The notes under the pieces were generated by a model. It ran no database searches and had not been told where the DNA came from. It saw only the letters and a list, made by a program, of their open reading frames with translations. A DNA stretch of 64,000 bases from Podarcis filfolensis (lineage: Eukaryota): NCBI GenBank assembly GCA_964270895.1, contig OZ185439.1; one strand, given 5' to 3'. Position 1 is the stretch's first letter. Each line of letters starts with the position of its first letter. Made by a program: the position numbers and the translations under genes. This document shows positions 42,330-54,185 of the stretch, piece after piece.

Positions 42330-42482
42330 NNNNNNNNNNNNNNNNNNNNNNNNNNNNNNNNNNNNNNNNNNNNNNNNNNNNNNNNNNNNNNNNNNNNNNN
42401 NNNNNNNNNNNNNNNNNNNNNNNNNNNNNNNNNNNNNNNNNNNNNNNNNNNNNNNNNNNNNNNNNNNNNNNNNNNNNNNNNN
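42330..42482. other. Assembly gap (153 N)
   Basis: Run of N in the last DOCK1 intron. Confidence 0.99.
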
Positions 42483-43267
42483 AGCAGATGTAGCTATTCT
42501 CTAGGCTCTGCATGAAATTATTCCTATACTAAAACAATCTGCTATTGGCCTGAAATGTAACAGCCATTTTGTGCCTTGTCTCTCCCCCCCCCCCCCCGCC
42601 CATGCTTCATTTAATAAATTGATCAACTTCATTTGTGAGTACATTTACTGAACATATAATCTAAGGTTTCGCTGACCGAAATAAGTAGACAGAGTGTGAT
42701 GACATGATGGGGTCCACAAGGGACCTGGTTTACTATGATAGTATCATAGTGATACTTTAATTAAAAACAGATATATTTTTTTACAAAATTCACATTTTTG
42801 ATAAATATAATTTCTTTATCAGAATGATTGGGTTCCTATAACCAGGATACATTTCACAAAGGTTTTACTGAAGCATTAAGAAGTTCATGGTCTGTGGTTC
42901 AGCAGGGCTCCAATACATACACAGTGGTCTGCCAGACCCTCCTCAGTCCTAGGAAATGGTCTGAAATACATTGTATATGAAGAACATTCCCCAATACTGA
43001 AGACATCCCCTCCTCTAATATTTTCCCTTTCCGGGTACTCCTTTCATCCACTAAATGGGAGTGAAAGCACTGATAATTAGTGAATTGCTATTAAAAGATC
43101 TATAAATGTTTGTATATTGAATTCAGAATTAAAAAGACAAAATCAAGATCAAGACAAAAGCAGATACAGTAAGATTTTTCCAGCTACTGCAAATATTTTG
43201 TACCAAGTCTATGAAGAAACTTTGGAAACATTGTGGATTAAATGCAGACTTAGTCATGCTTAGAGCA

Positions 43268-43869
43268 TAACCAGACACTGGAGAGACCTGTCAGGAGTAA
43301 GCATGGACCAATGGTACCAAATAGTATGGGAAACAGCCCTACTAGAAAAATTAACTAATAAACTGAAACTGACACGGGGACAAACAGAAGAAGACACCTT
43401 CACCCTGGTATGGCTCCCCTTTATCACATACACAGCCCAACAGGACAACGACAATAATCCACCAACAGCATACAAATCAATATGGCTAACCTGATCCAAA
43501 ACACCCACCCACCTCACTCACACACGAAAACAAAGATCACCACAGCCAATCACAAACAAACAATCACACCCTAGGCCAACCCCAACCTCTCTCATCACCA
43601 AAGGAACACAAGTGAACAACACAAGCACGCTGACACCAAACTCTACATACATTAAGCATAACAGAAACACCGCTACCCGACCCCACCCCCATCCATCTCC
43701 CCTCCCTCCACCCCCTTTCCCTTTTTTTTTCTTTCTTTTCTTCTCTCCCTAATGCCTCATCAAATGAAACAGATTTGTAAAATTGTTACATGGAAGAAAA
43801 AAAAAATACGAGGCATTACACTTACACTGTAAAACAAGAAAACCCTTAATAAAATATTTTTTAAAAAAA
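43268..43869 (+). mobile_element. 5'-truncated L1-clade LINE with a 16-bp TSD
   Basis: ORF2 C-terminal motif WYQIVWETALLEKLT...F..VWLPFITY; 3'UTR; aataaa and A-tail; TSD agtcatgcttagagca at 43252-43267 and 43870-43885. Confidence 0.88.
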
Positions 43870-44965
43870 AGTCATGCTTAGAGCAGACCCACTGAAATCA
43901 TCAAGATTGAAGAGTAGACTTCAGTGGGTCTACTCTACGTGTCTGGATTCATCCCCAAGATAGTCACTGAGATTGTGTAGCATGGATAACATTTTTTATA
44001 ACTTTCTGTTTAGAAGCAGGCCTGCTAGCAATATGAGAAAAGTGTTGAATGGATTTACCATATGAAAAGTGAAATGCAAAAGAGGGGGAGAAAACATAAA
44101 AAATGGAGGGGGTGAAGTAGTAAAAGTGGTATTAAGATGTCAGACAGTAAAATGTAAAGGGAGAGTTTATGTTCACTCGATGGGCTAAGATAACTGCTAT
44201 ATAGGATGCTGCAGTATCACTACAGCCTTCCAGCAAAGAAGCAACATTGGCTGCATTCTTAATGAAGCTGTTGAAAAATGAACCTGAAAGCAGCATGTGT
44301 GCAATTCTGCAATAGCTTGACATTATCCTGACAGTATAGATTTTTGTCATCGGCCGCATAGCTTGATCCTTATGGGAGTAAGTAATTTATCACAGGTCTA
44401 ATCTATGCTCCTGTCTTTAATTTGATCAAGCTAACTGGTGGCTCCTGTCATTTCCTAGAGCTCAAAGCATAATGCCATTCACAGCAGCTAAATATTTTAA
44501 CATTTAGTAAGCTTTAATTACTATATGGTGGCAAGTAGATGGCTAGTCCACCCTTTTCGTACAGCAAAAAAAAAAAAGACGTTTCTCAAAGAGCAGACCT
44601 GAAACTGGTCATAAAAGAAGGGAAGAGAAAGTATTCCAGCATCGGTCTCTCAACTCGATAATGCTTAGGGCTAAGATGGTTAATAAAGACCAATAAAGTC
44701 AGAAGTTAGCCACTTATATAGCAGACCTTTCTGAAACAAAGTTAGTTAATAAATCCTGTGAAGCCTGTTAGTGTCAGTATTAAACACTAGACTTAACATC
44801 AAGCAGCAAAACACTGTTCATAAGACCAAAGTTGGAACGGAATTAAATGAGTACACCGCTTTATCTTGCACGTCACAGCAGTCTGTAAGAAATTACATCT
44901 GAATTGACCAGTTGCTATAGAATTGGTTCCTCAATAAGCTATTTTGTTCCAAATTTGTCTTCCAG

Positions 44966-45061
44966 CAATTGCCACCTCCATTACCAAGCAAAACTCCTCC
45001 TCCGCCTCCTCCAAAGACTACTCGGAAGCAAACCTCTGTGGATTCTGGAATTGTCCAGTGA
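44966..45061 (+). CDS. DOCK1: DOCK1 terminal coding exon, QLPPPLPSKTPPPPPPKTTRKQTSVDSGIVQ-stop
   Basis: ttccag acceptor; TGA at 45059-45061; the DOCK1 C-terminus SVDSGIVQ. The 14 exons total 1725 nt in one open frame. Confidence 0.97.
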   Translation, partial: QLPPPLPSKTPPPPPPKTTRKQTSVDSGIVQ

Positions 45062-46135
45062 ACAAGAGAGTGGATACCTCCAAAGACTGAGCTTGTAAAA
45101 TTTATTTTCCCTAAAGATGTACACAGTGTTTTAACACCACTCAGCATCAGAGCATCTAACATAGTGCAATAGTTCTCATTTTCAGAGCAAGATTGATAGC
45201 TCTACGTAAGGTCACAGATTATGAACCCAAACTGTATTCCAAAGCACAGGTGTATTGTTAAGTGACAACATATTATTGCAGCCATTTTTTTAAAATGTAA
45301 AAAATCATTCCTGCTGGCTTCTGAAATTTTAATCTTAAAACTATAGTTAAGAAGTTGCATTGGGACTAATAAGAGGAACAGTCCACTCTGTCATTGCACT
45401 GGCATTCACAATCCTTTTTAAAATATTGGCCTAATGTAAGCAGTGTACCTTAGTATCATAGGTTTGTACTCTTTGTCAAGGAAATAGGAAAACAGAAGTA
45501 TTTGTGAAGAGTATTTATAATTGCTCTGGGCTACCCATTAATGTTGGTCTCTCATAGGCCGATAGCTTTTTGAAGTTCCATTGTAACAGAATAAGGACCA
45601 ACCATTGGCTGAGCCTGATTTTGTGTGGATTTTAGTGTAGAATGTGTTTTAAACTCCTGGAAAGTTGTTAATTTATGGAAAATATCATGTATGCAAATGA
45701 AGAAATCTTGAGCTTCCTTAAAAAAAAAATAGGAAAGGGGAGAGCTTTTGGGAACAAAAATTCAAACCTAACAGTTGTACTTGATTTACAGTTGTGCCAT
45801 TATGTACAGCCATTTTGTATATATTATTGGACTTGCAAATTGTTTCATTTCACTGTGCCTGCTTTTAAAGTAATGATGGTATTATGTACTTTCAAATGTG
45901 TTACAGCATTTTAAATGTTGGTAACCAATGAAAATGTATAAGTTGCTAACATGCGTGTTATTCCCAGTAACTGAACTCAGAAAATATTGGGCAATTATGA
46001 GAAAACCAGAAAAAAACTAACTTTTTAAAACTTGTCAATGTACTTATTTTTTATCATCAACAACCTTTATAACCTTAACAATAGTTTTAATATTTCACTC
46101 TCTTCAGAAATAAAGAATTATTTTAAAATATTTTC
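45062..46135 (+). other. DOCK1: DOCK1 3'UTR (end estimated)
   Basis: AU-rich sequence after the stop; AATAAA at 46109-46114; the true cleavage site cannot be fixed without transcripts. Confidence 0.6.
46109..46114 (+). terminator. Candidate polyadenylation signal AATAAA of DOCK1
   Basis: Canonical hexamer ~1.05 kb after the stop, followed by U/GU-rich sequence. Confidence 0.55.
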
Positions 46136-48254
46136 TCTAAGAAAATAAGAAGTCTTCTTGTTAGTTTGAATTAACAGTTGTTTAATTCATTATGGTAATC
46201 AGCTGTAGAGTATTTTGGGCTCTCATCAACCACAGAATACTGATTTTGTAATTGTAAAATCTCTAGTGTAATGGCTTGGATCCCAAAAAGCACTAGAAGG
46301 GGCTTGGCTGTGAAGTTGGCTCTGCTCATGGAAGGTGACCCCTTCTGATTTGTGGGTGACTCCTCCCCTTCTGTCTAAAACCCCATGCCACAGCCCACCC
46401 TATTCATGAGCATCCCCAGAAGGGGTGTCAGATGCTTCAGAGGGAGAACTCTTATTACGTGGTGGCTGTATAAATGAAGGAAATAGCGGAAAACTAGGCA
46501 AGTATCAAAACTCACAGCAAGCTAATGGAAGAAGCATACAAAAGTCAGTTAATGTATTACAATGCTTTCTTCAGTTAGATCCCTGTTATCATAAAGGCTA
46601 AGACTGGAATCCAAAGATCTGATGTGCCCAAGCGCTTTTGCATGGCCAATGGGATTTTTGAATTTTTCTACCCTTTGAGCATCAGAGTCCCATGCCATAT
46701 CCCAAGCTACTTTCGAAAGTTTTTTAAGAAAAGTTGCAGGTTTAAAGTTTTTGGTTGTTGGGGTTTTTTTTGTAAATTTGTATCCCACATACATGCAATG
46801 CCAGGGGCTGCTTACATAACTTGAAAACTAAACAACATTATATCACAACACAAAACAAACGACAACAAAAGGCAATTGCAGGAGATAAAACCAACTACAA
46901 AAAAAACCAGGATTAGCTGTTAAATTTACAGCAGGACCAGCATCACTGAAAAGACACATTTTCTTTCTCGTTCAATGAGAGGAGACAGCATAGAATCAAC
47001 AGGGAGTTTTCTTCTCTTTTCAAAAAGAACTGGGCAAATTCACGGGGAATTATCTGTACCTAGTTATTAGCCATGATAAGTAAACAGAACCATCATGTTA
47101 AGATACTACACTTCTGAGCAGTCAATGCTAGAGCACACAATAAAGGTTGAGCATCATCTTTATGTCCTATTTGTCCACTTCAGCACAGGTGCCTGCTGGA
47201 GACAGAATGCAAACTTTCCAAAGTGAAACCTCAGCAACTTGTAATATTTGCTTCAATGTGAGGCAAGAACTATAGTTCTCCTGATATCTCTTAATTCCAG
47301 GAGTGCTCCAAGCATCAGGGGAAAGAGGAGGTATTACTTGCCTGTTGCTATATCCACCACTGACAGAAAAGTCACAAGCAAAGTTAGGAGGAATTTTTCC
47401 CCGAGTGTTTTCCAACATTATTTTTAAGTGTAGTTGTGCCTTTGATCTGCTCCAGCAAGGCAACCTTGTGGTTCTTATTTTGTTGTGGCTAAAACAAAAA
47501 ACAACAGTTCTTTCCTGATCCCAAGTTTTCCTTGGGGGGAAATTAATACTAGATCACTTTTGCTTTTGTTTTTTTCACTGGCAGCAGTGACATTCAGTCC
47601 AACCCCATGGATATGGAATTTTACAAGCAAAACATTCTTCACTTCACAACTGGATTCTGCCACACTATAAATTATGCCACATACACAAGAGAGAGAACTT
47701 GCCTCAGAAGTATAAAAAGGAGACAGAATACTAAAGGTGTTCCCCCATCACCACCACTCTAATCTTCAACTTTCAGTCCTAATACGCTGCATTTTATCTG
47801 CAAGGTCCAGTCGCCCTGACATTTCAATTTCCTTTCTTTCCAATTTTGTATTTTGTGTATGGATTTAAACTAAGTTTTGGACTTACAATCGCCATTTCTC
47901 ATGTGACACCTGAGAGTGGGGCTTTAGGGATAAATAGCCTTTTCATAAATGGTAGCTACAATAATAGGGGAGCTATTCTAGATGAGATAGCATTGATGGC
48001 AAGTATTAACTTTCCCCCAGTTTTTCGAAAAAGATTGGTGGAATGAAAACCTCAGTACATAGACTCAAATAATTATGGTTAATGAGGTTTGCCCATGAAG
48101 AAGAGAAATAATTGAATCACATTTTGTATTAATTCAAACTTTCCTCCCCTAACACACAAGTCTTACAGCATCCAACATATGTAATTGATGGATAATGTAA
48201 GTTTTAGACTGACTTGACATAAGCCATGGCTTTCACTAGGCCCAATGTGACCAT

Positions 48255-48256
<2 letters not shown>

Positions 48257-48310
<54 letters not shown>
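48257..48310. repeat. (AC)n microsatellite, about 27 units
   Basis: Direct reading; explains the poly-HT ORF in the track. Confidence 0.95.
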
Positions 48311-48311
<1 letters not shown>

Positions 48312-49411
48312 AGTATTGCTGTTCAAGTCACCTTTGAAAAGAATTGCTCACACTATGAATGATTGCATTTGGCTCAAATTCATAATTTTTAAGTGGATTA
48401 ATACCGGATCCAGGTCCAACATAAATTTGGCTTTCTTAGGTAATGATAACAGTTTTCTAGGCTGCTCGGGTGATAAGTGAATTTCAAATAATTTGTCATG
48501 GAAATTGGCAAATAGAAGTGAGCTATCCTAAGGTACTATCAGCATTAACAACTAAGTAACAAGATATATAACAGCATCAAATAGTATAATTTCATTGTCG
48601 TCAATGACATGTTACTGGGCTCTTTTGGAAGGTGGGGTGGAATAAAAATCTGATCGCAACAAGGTCCTTGAGCAAAGATGCTGGAGTTGCAATTCATTCT
48701 TCTAACAAACAGACTTTCCAGATTTGTCTTTCTTGTTTTAATGTGAATTAGTTCACAACAAGAATCCTAAAACTGTGGAAGAGTAACCTGCAATGGTTTC
48801 TATCCCATGTTACTCAGATTCCAACCCCATGATAAGGCTGCTTTTCTTGAAGGATAGGGGCTATCAGTGGCTACTTGTCATTATGACTTAATGCCAACTT
48901 CAGGAACAGGAGCAGTATGTCCCTGAATACCAGTTGCTGGGAACTGGCTATTGCTCATGTCCTGCTTTTGGACTCCCTACAGGCATCAAATCAGCCATGC
49001 CGAGTAACAGGATGCTGAGCTAGATATGCCTCTGGTCTTATCCTAAAGAGCTGCTCTTACGTTTTGGTTCCTTCGGTGATTTCCCCCCAAATATGAGCAA
49101 CCTAGAAACGGAACCTGGTTAGCGTTGTGATGGCCTAATGATTTATCACTTTGTGCAGACCCAGAGTTTTATTTTTACTAGTAGCACCAGTGTTATGTAA
49201 TGAACTCCCTTGACTTGTGTCTCCTATGTTATATGTTAATGGGATTGCTTTACTGCGTGTTTTAATTATGGATATTTATATTTAAATGTATGTGTAATCA
49301 GTTTTTATGCTTTGTAAACCACTTGGAAGCTTATTTTGGCATTAAACAGTATATCTGTTAATATTATTACCATTATTAAGAATAGGTGGCATTCAACTAA
49401 GATTTCACTTA

Positions 49412-52400
49412 CCAGTGTAGCAGCGCTGGGTTGGGCTTACTTGTGCCTCTAGTGGACGAAGGCAGGAGTAGGATTTTCAGGAAATAAGCTGGCCCTTCCT
49501 CAGTTTTCTGCTCCTCTTCTTCATCTTGGCTTAGTTTCTATTCTTGACTCTCTCATTTTTTTTCATTCCCTTGTTAATTCTTATCTTCTGTCTCTAAAAA
49601 ACAGAACAAAAAATAGATTTTAGATCTTTCTTCTTTCCCTTCCCTACTGTCTGGCTTCGGAGAGGGAGACATGAGTGGCTACCATTTTTCCAATTTAACC
49701 TCTTGGTCGCTGCAGCAGTGGATATTTTTAGCAGTGATCCACAGCAGGCTGGGACACCGGAAGCTCCTCACAGACCAATTGAAGCAGTGGTGGTGATCAT
49801 CCTCCACCCTGGAACTTGGACCTTTGCAGCTCTACCGTTTTGTAATCCTCCATTTACTTTTGTGGAGGCTCAGTTTTGGCTTTAGGTGTCAGGGACTGGT
49901 TGGACATGGGAATGGTAGGAGGAAGTAGCTGGGGCACTGCCCAAGGGAAGAAGTCTCAGAGCCCAGGGACTGGAGGTGGGACAATGATGAGTGGTCAGAG
50001 AGAGACAAGGGAGAAGACTGGGAGGAGGAGATGTCAGAAGCTGAAGAGGTAACAGGGCTTGGTGACCAGGGAGAGTGTGTGGAAGAGAGAAGTGCTGAAA
50101 CGTGCCTACAACAATCCTAATGACAGACACGAGCCAGCAATAAATCACACAGAGAAAGCTTGAGTTTACTCTTTATTAGCAAAACAGCATCCACACAGGA
50201 GTGTCAGGTCTAATGAGTACAGCAACTCAGGTCTTGGCCCCCATGAAGCAGTTGCCAAGACTAAAGATCCCCACCTCCCCACAGCTGGTTGTAGCCTCCT
50301 CTCCAGGGTCCCCCTCCCCAAGCAATCAGAGACTGCACCTGCATGTGTCTTTGCTCTTCCCGCTTTATGCCTCTTGGTTCTGGGAGACCAGCAGAAGGGG
50401 ATCTTGCAGCAACAGGAGGGGCAAACACCCATGCCTCTTCACAAGCCTGACCAATATCTGCCTCCCTCCTCTCCTGCTTCTGTCTCTGATTCTGGACTTC
50501 TAAGAGGTATGGGTTGATCTCCCCCCACTCATCCAACTGCAATATTTTGGAATTCCCACCAAGACCTCGTCAGGCCCAATGTTCATGAGCAGGCCAGGCC
50601 AGATCTTTGGACCCACTGCTTCCTCACAGTGGTTGCATGTGGCATCCCTTTATCCCTCCTAAGTCTCTGCCCTCCCTTATAGGGTGAGATGCCCTTCTTG
50701 GGCACACATCAGACCCTGATGAGCAATGTTGAGACTCAGAAACCCCTTAAGGACTTACGTAGTACCAAGCATCTCCAGAGGCCTACTGCTAATGCAGTGC
50801 AACTGCAGTCTCGGTTGGAAGAGGACACAGGCCCATCACTGGAGAGACAACATAAGACCATCTGACCTTGCTCCCCCAGCTGCTTCCCAGCCACTGCCTG
50901 CTCAGCCCAGTGAGCTAGAGGAGGCTAGCCCAGCTCATGTTGTAGCACAGGCCTTTAGATCCCCCTCCATCCTCTGGGGAAGATGGGTTCTTGTGTTTTG
51001 AGGATCATCCCATTTGTCCTTCTACAACTCACCCAAGAACAGGGATCTCCCTCCCCTTCCCCCAGCTCAGTTCTTCCAATTATCTAAGTAAATTTTATGG
51101 TAAATTAAAGAAACATTAATAGGATCCTTATCAAGGCAGGTGAGCATCATTACTCCAAAGCAGCAGCAGCCCTCACAACCCCAATCTACTTCCACACGCA
51201 GAGCTGCTAAATCTGCAAAAATTCAGAATCACAGCCAGCAACAAGCATTATCTGGAGAATCTACAGCTCCATCTTCACCTAACACCTTTCCCATCACTAT
51301 GGGAATGAGTCCATTCACACTCAAACCTCCCAATCCTCGGGGCTTGACTTGTTTGCCTTGGCAGAGCAAGATGATGATGAATGGAGTGAGGGTTCAGTAA
51401 TCAAAGAACCCCCACTGGACAGGATGTTCCAAGACACTCTCTATGTCATTGCTATGCTGCACCCTAGCTGCTCTGGGATTGGCTCCCAAGTCAACAGAGC
51501 AAACTGCTGACATTATTTCTTCAGCAGACCCCCAGCCAACTCCTAGATTTGTTCCCACTCCTGCAGTTATCAAGAAAGTTACTAAAGCAGAGTGGAACAC
51601 TGCTATGCCGTTTAGAAAGTCTGTACAGCTTGCCAATAAACATTACATGATGGATACAGAATTCATGGACCTCCTGAAGTTCCCATTAGTGGACAAATCA
51701 GTCTACTCACTTTCCTCAAAAGATCTTTTACCAAAGGATGGAGAAGCACAGTTAAAGATACCACACTGATAGGAGCCTGGATTTCACCTTCAGGCGTGTT
51801 CACAAAACAGCAGCCCTCTCTCATCACCTGAAGTGTCAGTGTTTGCTAGAGCATTCCATGCCTGGTTGAAATATTTCCTTACAAAACCAGAACAGAATCC
51901 TCCACGCACTTGCCAACCCTTACTTAAGCAGCATCCTTTATAGCTGATGCCAGCATATATGCTTCTCAATTTGCAGCATGTTCCATATGAATTAAAACCT
52001 TATGAATGGAAAAAGTGGGAAGCTGACACTGCATCAAAAACAAACTTTTCCACAGCATCACTCCAAGGCTCAAACCTCTTTGGAGAAGAGGCACTCAAAG
52101 ATATCCTCCTAGAATCTAAAGGCAAACGGAAAGTGCTTGTCACCCAATTGAGAGGAATGCTGCTACTTCAAGTGCTGCACTCCATACCAGATGAACCAGT
52201 CCTTTCGTTCCTACAGATAGGAAGGTGGACCAAGAGACTGCAAACATAAACAAGATTGGAATAAACTGAGTTTCTCCCTCAAGGGGCAGCAGGGAAACAA
52301 ATTCAACTCCTCCAACCTGCCCCGCCCACAAAGAACTCTAGAAATTGCTAGCGACGCCACCAGTAGTTGGATGGAGGAACCTCTGCAAGCATTTGTAGAG

Positions 52401-52800
52401 ATTTGGTCATACTCTGTTGGTCTGGACAACAGACCAATGGCTTCGGATTAGCATCTCCAACAGGTATTGCATAGGTTTCATAAGTCATCCTAAACCTCAG
52501 TTCATCCTACCATGCCTGTCTGCTTCACCTCGTAACATCACTGGGACCACACCTTTCTTGGTCTGCAACACTGACTCCACTTCTGTTTGCCCCACTGGCT
52601 CTATGGTCTTTACTTGTTGTAGGAAATAGGTTAACACTATTCTGAGTTCCAGACGGTTCAAGCTTGGCAAATATGCAAAACTGAGGAGGGGGCAGCCTGT
52701 TTCCTGAAATACCTATTCCTGCTTTTGTCCACTAGACGCGCATGTAAGCCCAACCCAGGGATGCTGCACTGGACAAGCAAATCTACCTTTCAGGTAGGTA
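49412..52800 (+). mobile_element. DIRS1-like tyrosine-recombinase retroelement, decayed and internally deleted
   Basis: Inverted terminal repeats 49412-49507 and 52677-52772 (81/96 identical by hand). LAP2alpha-like gag remnants (LLKFPLVDKSV, VFARAFHAWL, WEADTASK, LFGEE). Start of pol (LQAFVEIW, TTDQW, YCIGF). No RT core, RNase H or YR ORF seen. Confidence 0.8.
49887..50495 (+). mobile_element. Solo LTR (~580 bp, TG...CA) nested in the DIRS element, 3' part inverted
   Basis: TTAGG|TGTCAGG at 49882-49893; on the - strand ...TGTCA|TTAGG at 50125-50116 (5-bp TSD); AATAAA on the - strand near 50185. Confidence 0.7.
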
Positions 52801-52929
52801 CAATGGTACTTTTAACTTAGAGGAGACCCACTGAAATTAAAGCATGTGATTTAGTTATATTCACTACTTTCAGTAAGCTTACTTTGAGTAAAACTTAACC
52901 ATATACAACGCTTTATTGATAATAATAAA

Positions 52930-53319
52930 TGACATGCATTATATGCTATCTCAAGTAAGTGGAATGTGTCCACTTGAAAAGGACACTTCTGTTTCTTAAT
53001 TAACTGATATCCATTCACTGCTGCAGTCATACATAAGCACAGTATGCTGTTTGAAGTTGCCTAAACAATAGAACTCCCTGCTACATCTGAAATCTCACCA
53101 GATTGCCCATGCTTTGGTTTTCCTTTTCTGGTGATAACAGCAGAGTATTTCACCAGCAAATGTATAAAAGGCTTGCAAGATATTTGTCTTCCCTGTATCG
53201 GGTATGTGAAGTTCTTCCAGCTTCCAAGGGAATAAGCAGAAAAATGAAATGGCAAGGGCTAGAGTATTAGAATCAACAGTCCTGATCAGTATTCTGAAGG
53301 AAACTGAGTGTAATCTCAA
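52930..53319 (-). pseudogene. Decayed bornavirus-like matrix gene (EBLM candidate)
   Basis: TLALAISF (53265-53242) vs TLMLEIDF; LHIP vs LNIP; after a frameshift AGSSIV (53081-53064) vs AGHSLV, IKK vs IRK and IAYNA vs AAFNV, with near-identical spacing to BoDV-1 M as recalled. Confidence 0.55.
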
Positions 53320-53469
53320 ATGCTGAGTATAATTTTAGAATCTGCCTCTTCCTGGTTGAGAGGAGCAACATTACTAGTGTCAGAAAGACTTGACATTGGA
53401 AATAACTAGTTAATAATATGCTCTCCACATGTGCTGGTCAGAAGTTTGTTGCAGCTATCTTTTGATATA

Positions 53470-54155
53470 ACCTCTGCAATAAACATGAATAGATCACTCT
53501 CGGTTTCATCAGTTTTTAGAGGTGATGTCAATAGATTGGCAGCAGCTGATCTATGTTTCACACCTGTGCCTCCTCTTTCACACAGTTATTTGCAGGCTGT
53601 CTTTGTGGTCCATGCACTGTACAGCACCTGGTTTGTTTGCAAGTCAAAGCCTGATTTGATATATGTGGTTAAAAAACAACAGCCACCAAGTCAGACCAGA
53701 AAGGTCTGAGAAACACCAGTGCTGAGCATATTCATGAAGTCAAATCACCAGTTACCAATGCATTGACACTGGGATGGTTATTAGATGTTTCTGCAAAAAC
53801 TGCTGCTTTGTTCCATACCTGATTTCTCCAACAGCTTGGCTGCCATGTCTGAATAAATATTTGCAATCTGAGTGTGACCAGCAAGTGATGGATAGTTTTT
53901 ACTTCAGAACTCTCACAGCAGTACTCTCTTCTGTTTGGACACAGCACTCTTTCCAAACTGCAGCAAATAGTTATTTGAGAATGTATCAGTAATTTCACTC
54001 AGTGTATAAGTCTTGCATTGCCAAAGCTTCCTGAACTGTGCTCATTCAATATCCTGCACATCGTTGAATGTCTTTGTACTGTTGCCACCCTGAAGAGCTC
54101 TCTCTTCTTCAATGTCTTCTAGAAAAGGTTTGTGCAGCTCTTCAAACAAAGGCAT
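53470..54155 (-). pseudogene. Decayed bornavirus-like phosphoprotein gene (EBLP candidate)
   Basis: ATG at 54155 with LED at codons 12-14 as in BoDV-1 P (FLEDIEEERAL vs SLEDEEDPQTL); DMAAKLLEKSGME (53849-53811) vs DISARIEAGFE at a similar codon number; LTSPLKTDE near 53531-53505 vs LPSAPTTDE; three in-frame TGA stops and frameshifts. Confidence 0.45.
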
Positions 54156-54185
54156 TACCCTCTTCACACCAGTGAGACAATTTTG

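Noticed and set aside
52555-52590. + strand peptide LVCNTDST resembling the bornavirus G N-terminus (LSCNTDST)
   Set aside because: Opposite strand to the N-P-M candidate, inside the DIRS element, with no further G-like sequence; probably coincidence
53500-53590. GGTG...AAANLL resembling a PIF1/Helitron helicase Walker A region
   Set aside because: Motif spacing is far too short and no lysine follows GGTG; the P-like reading fits position and length better
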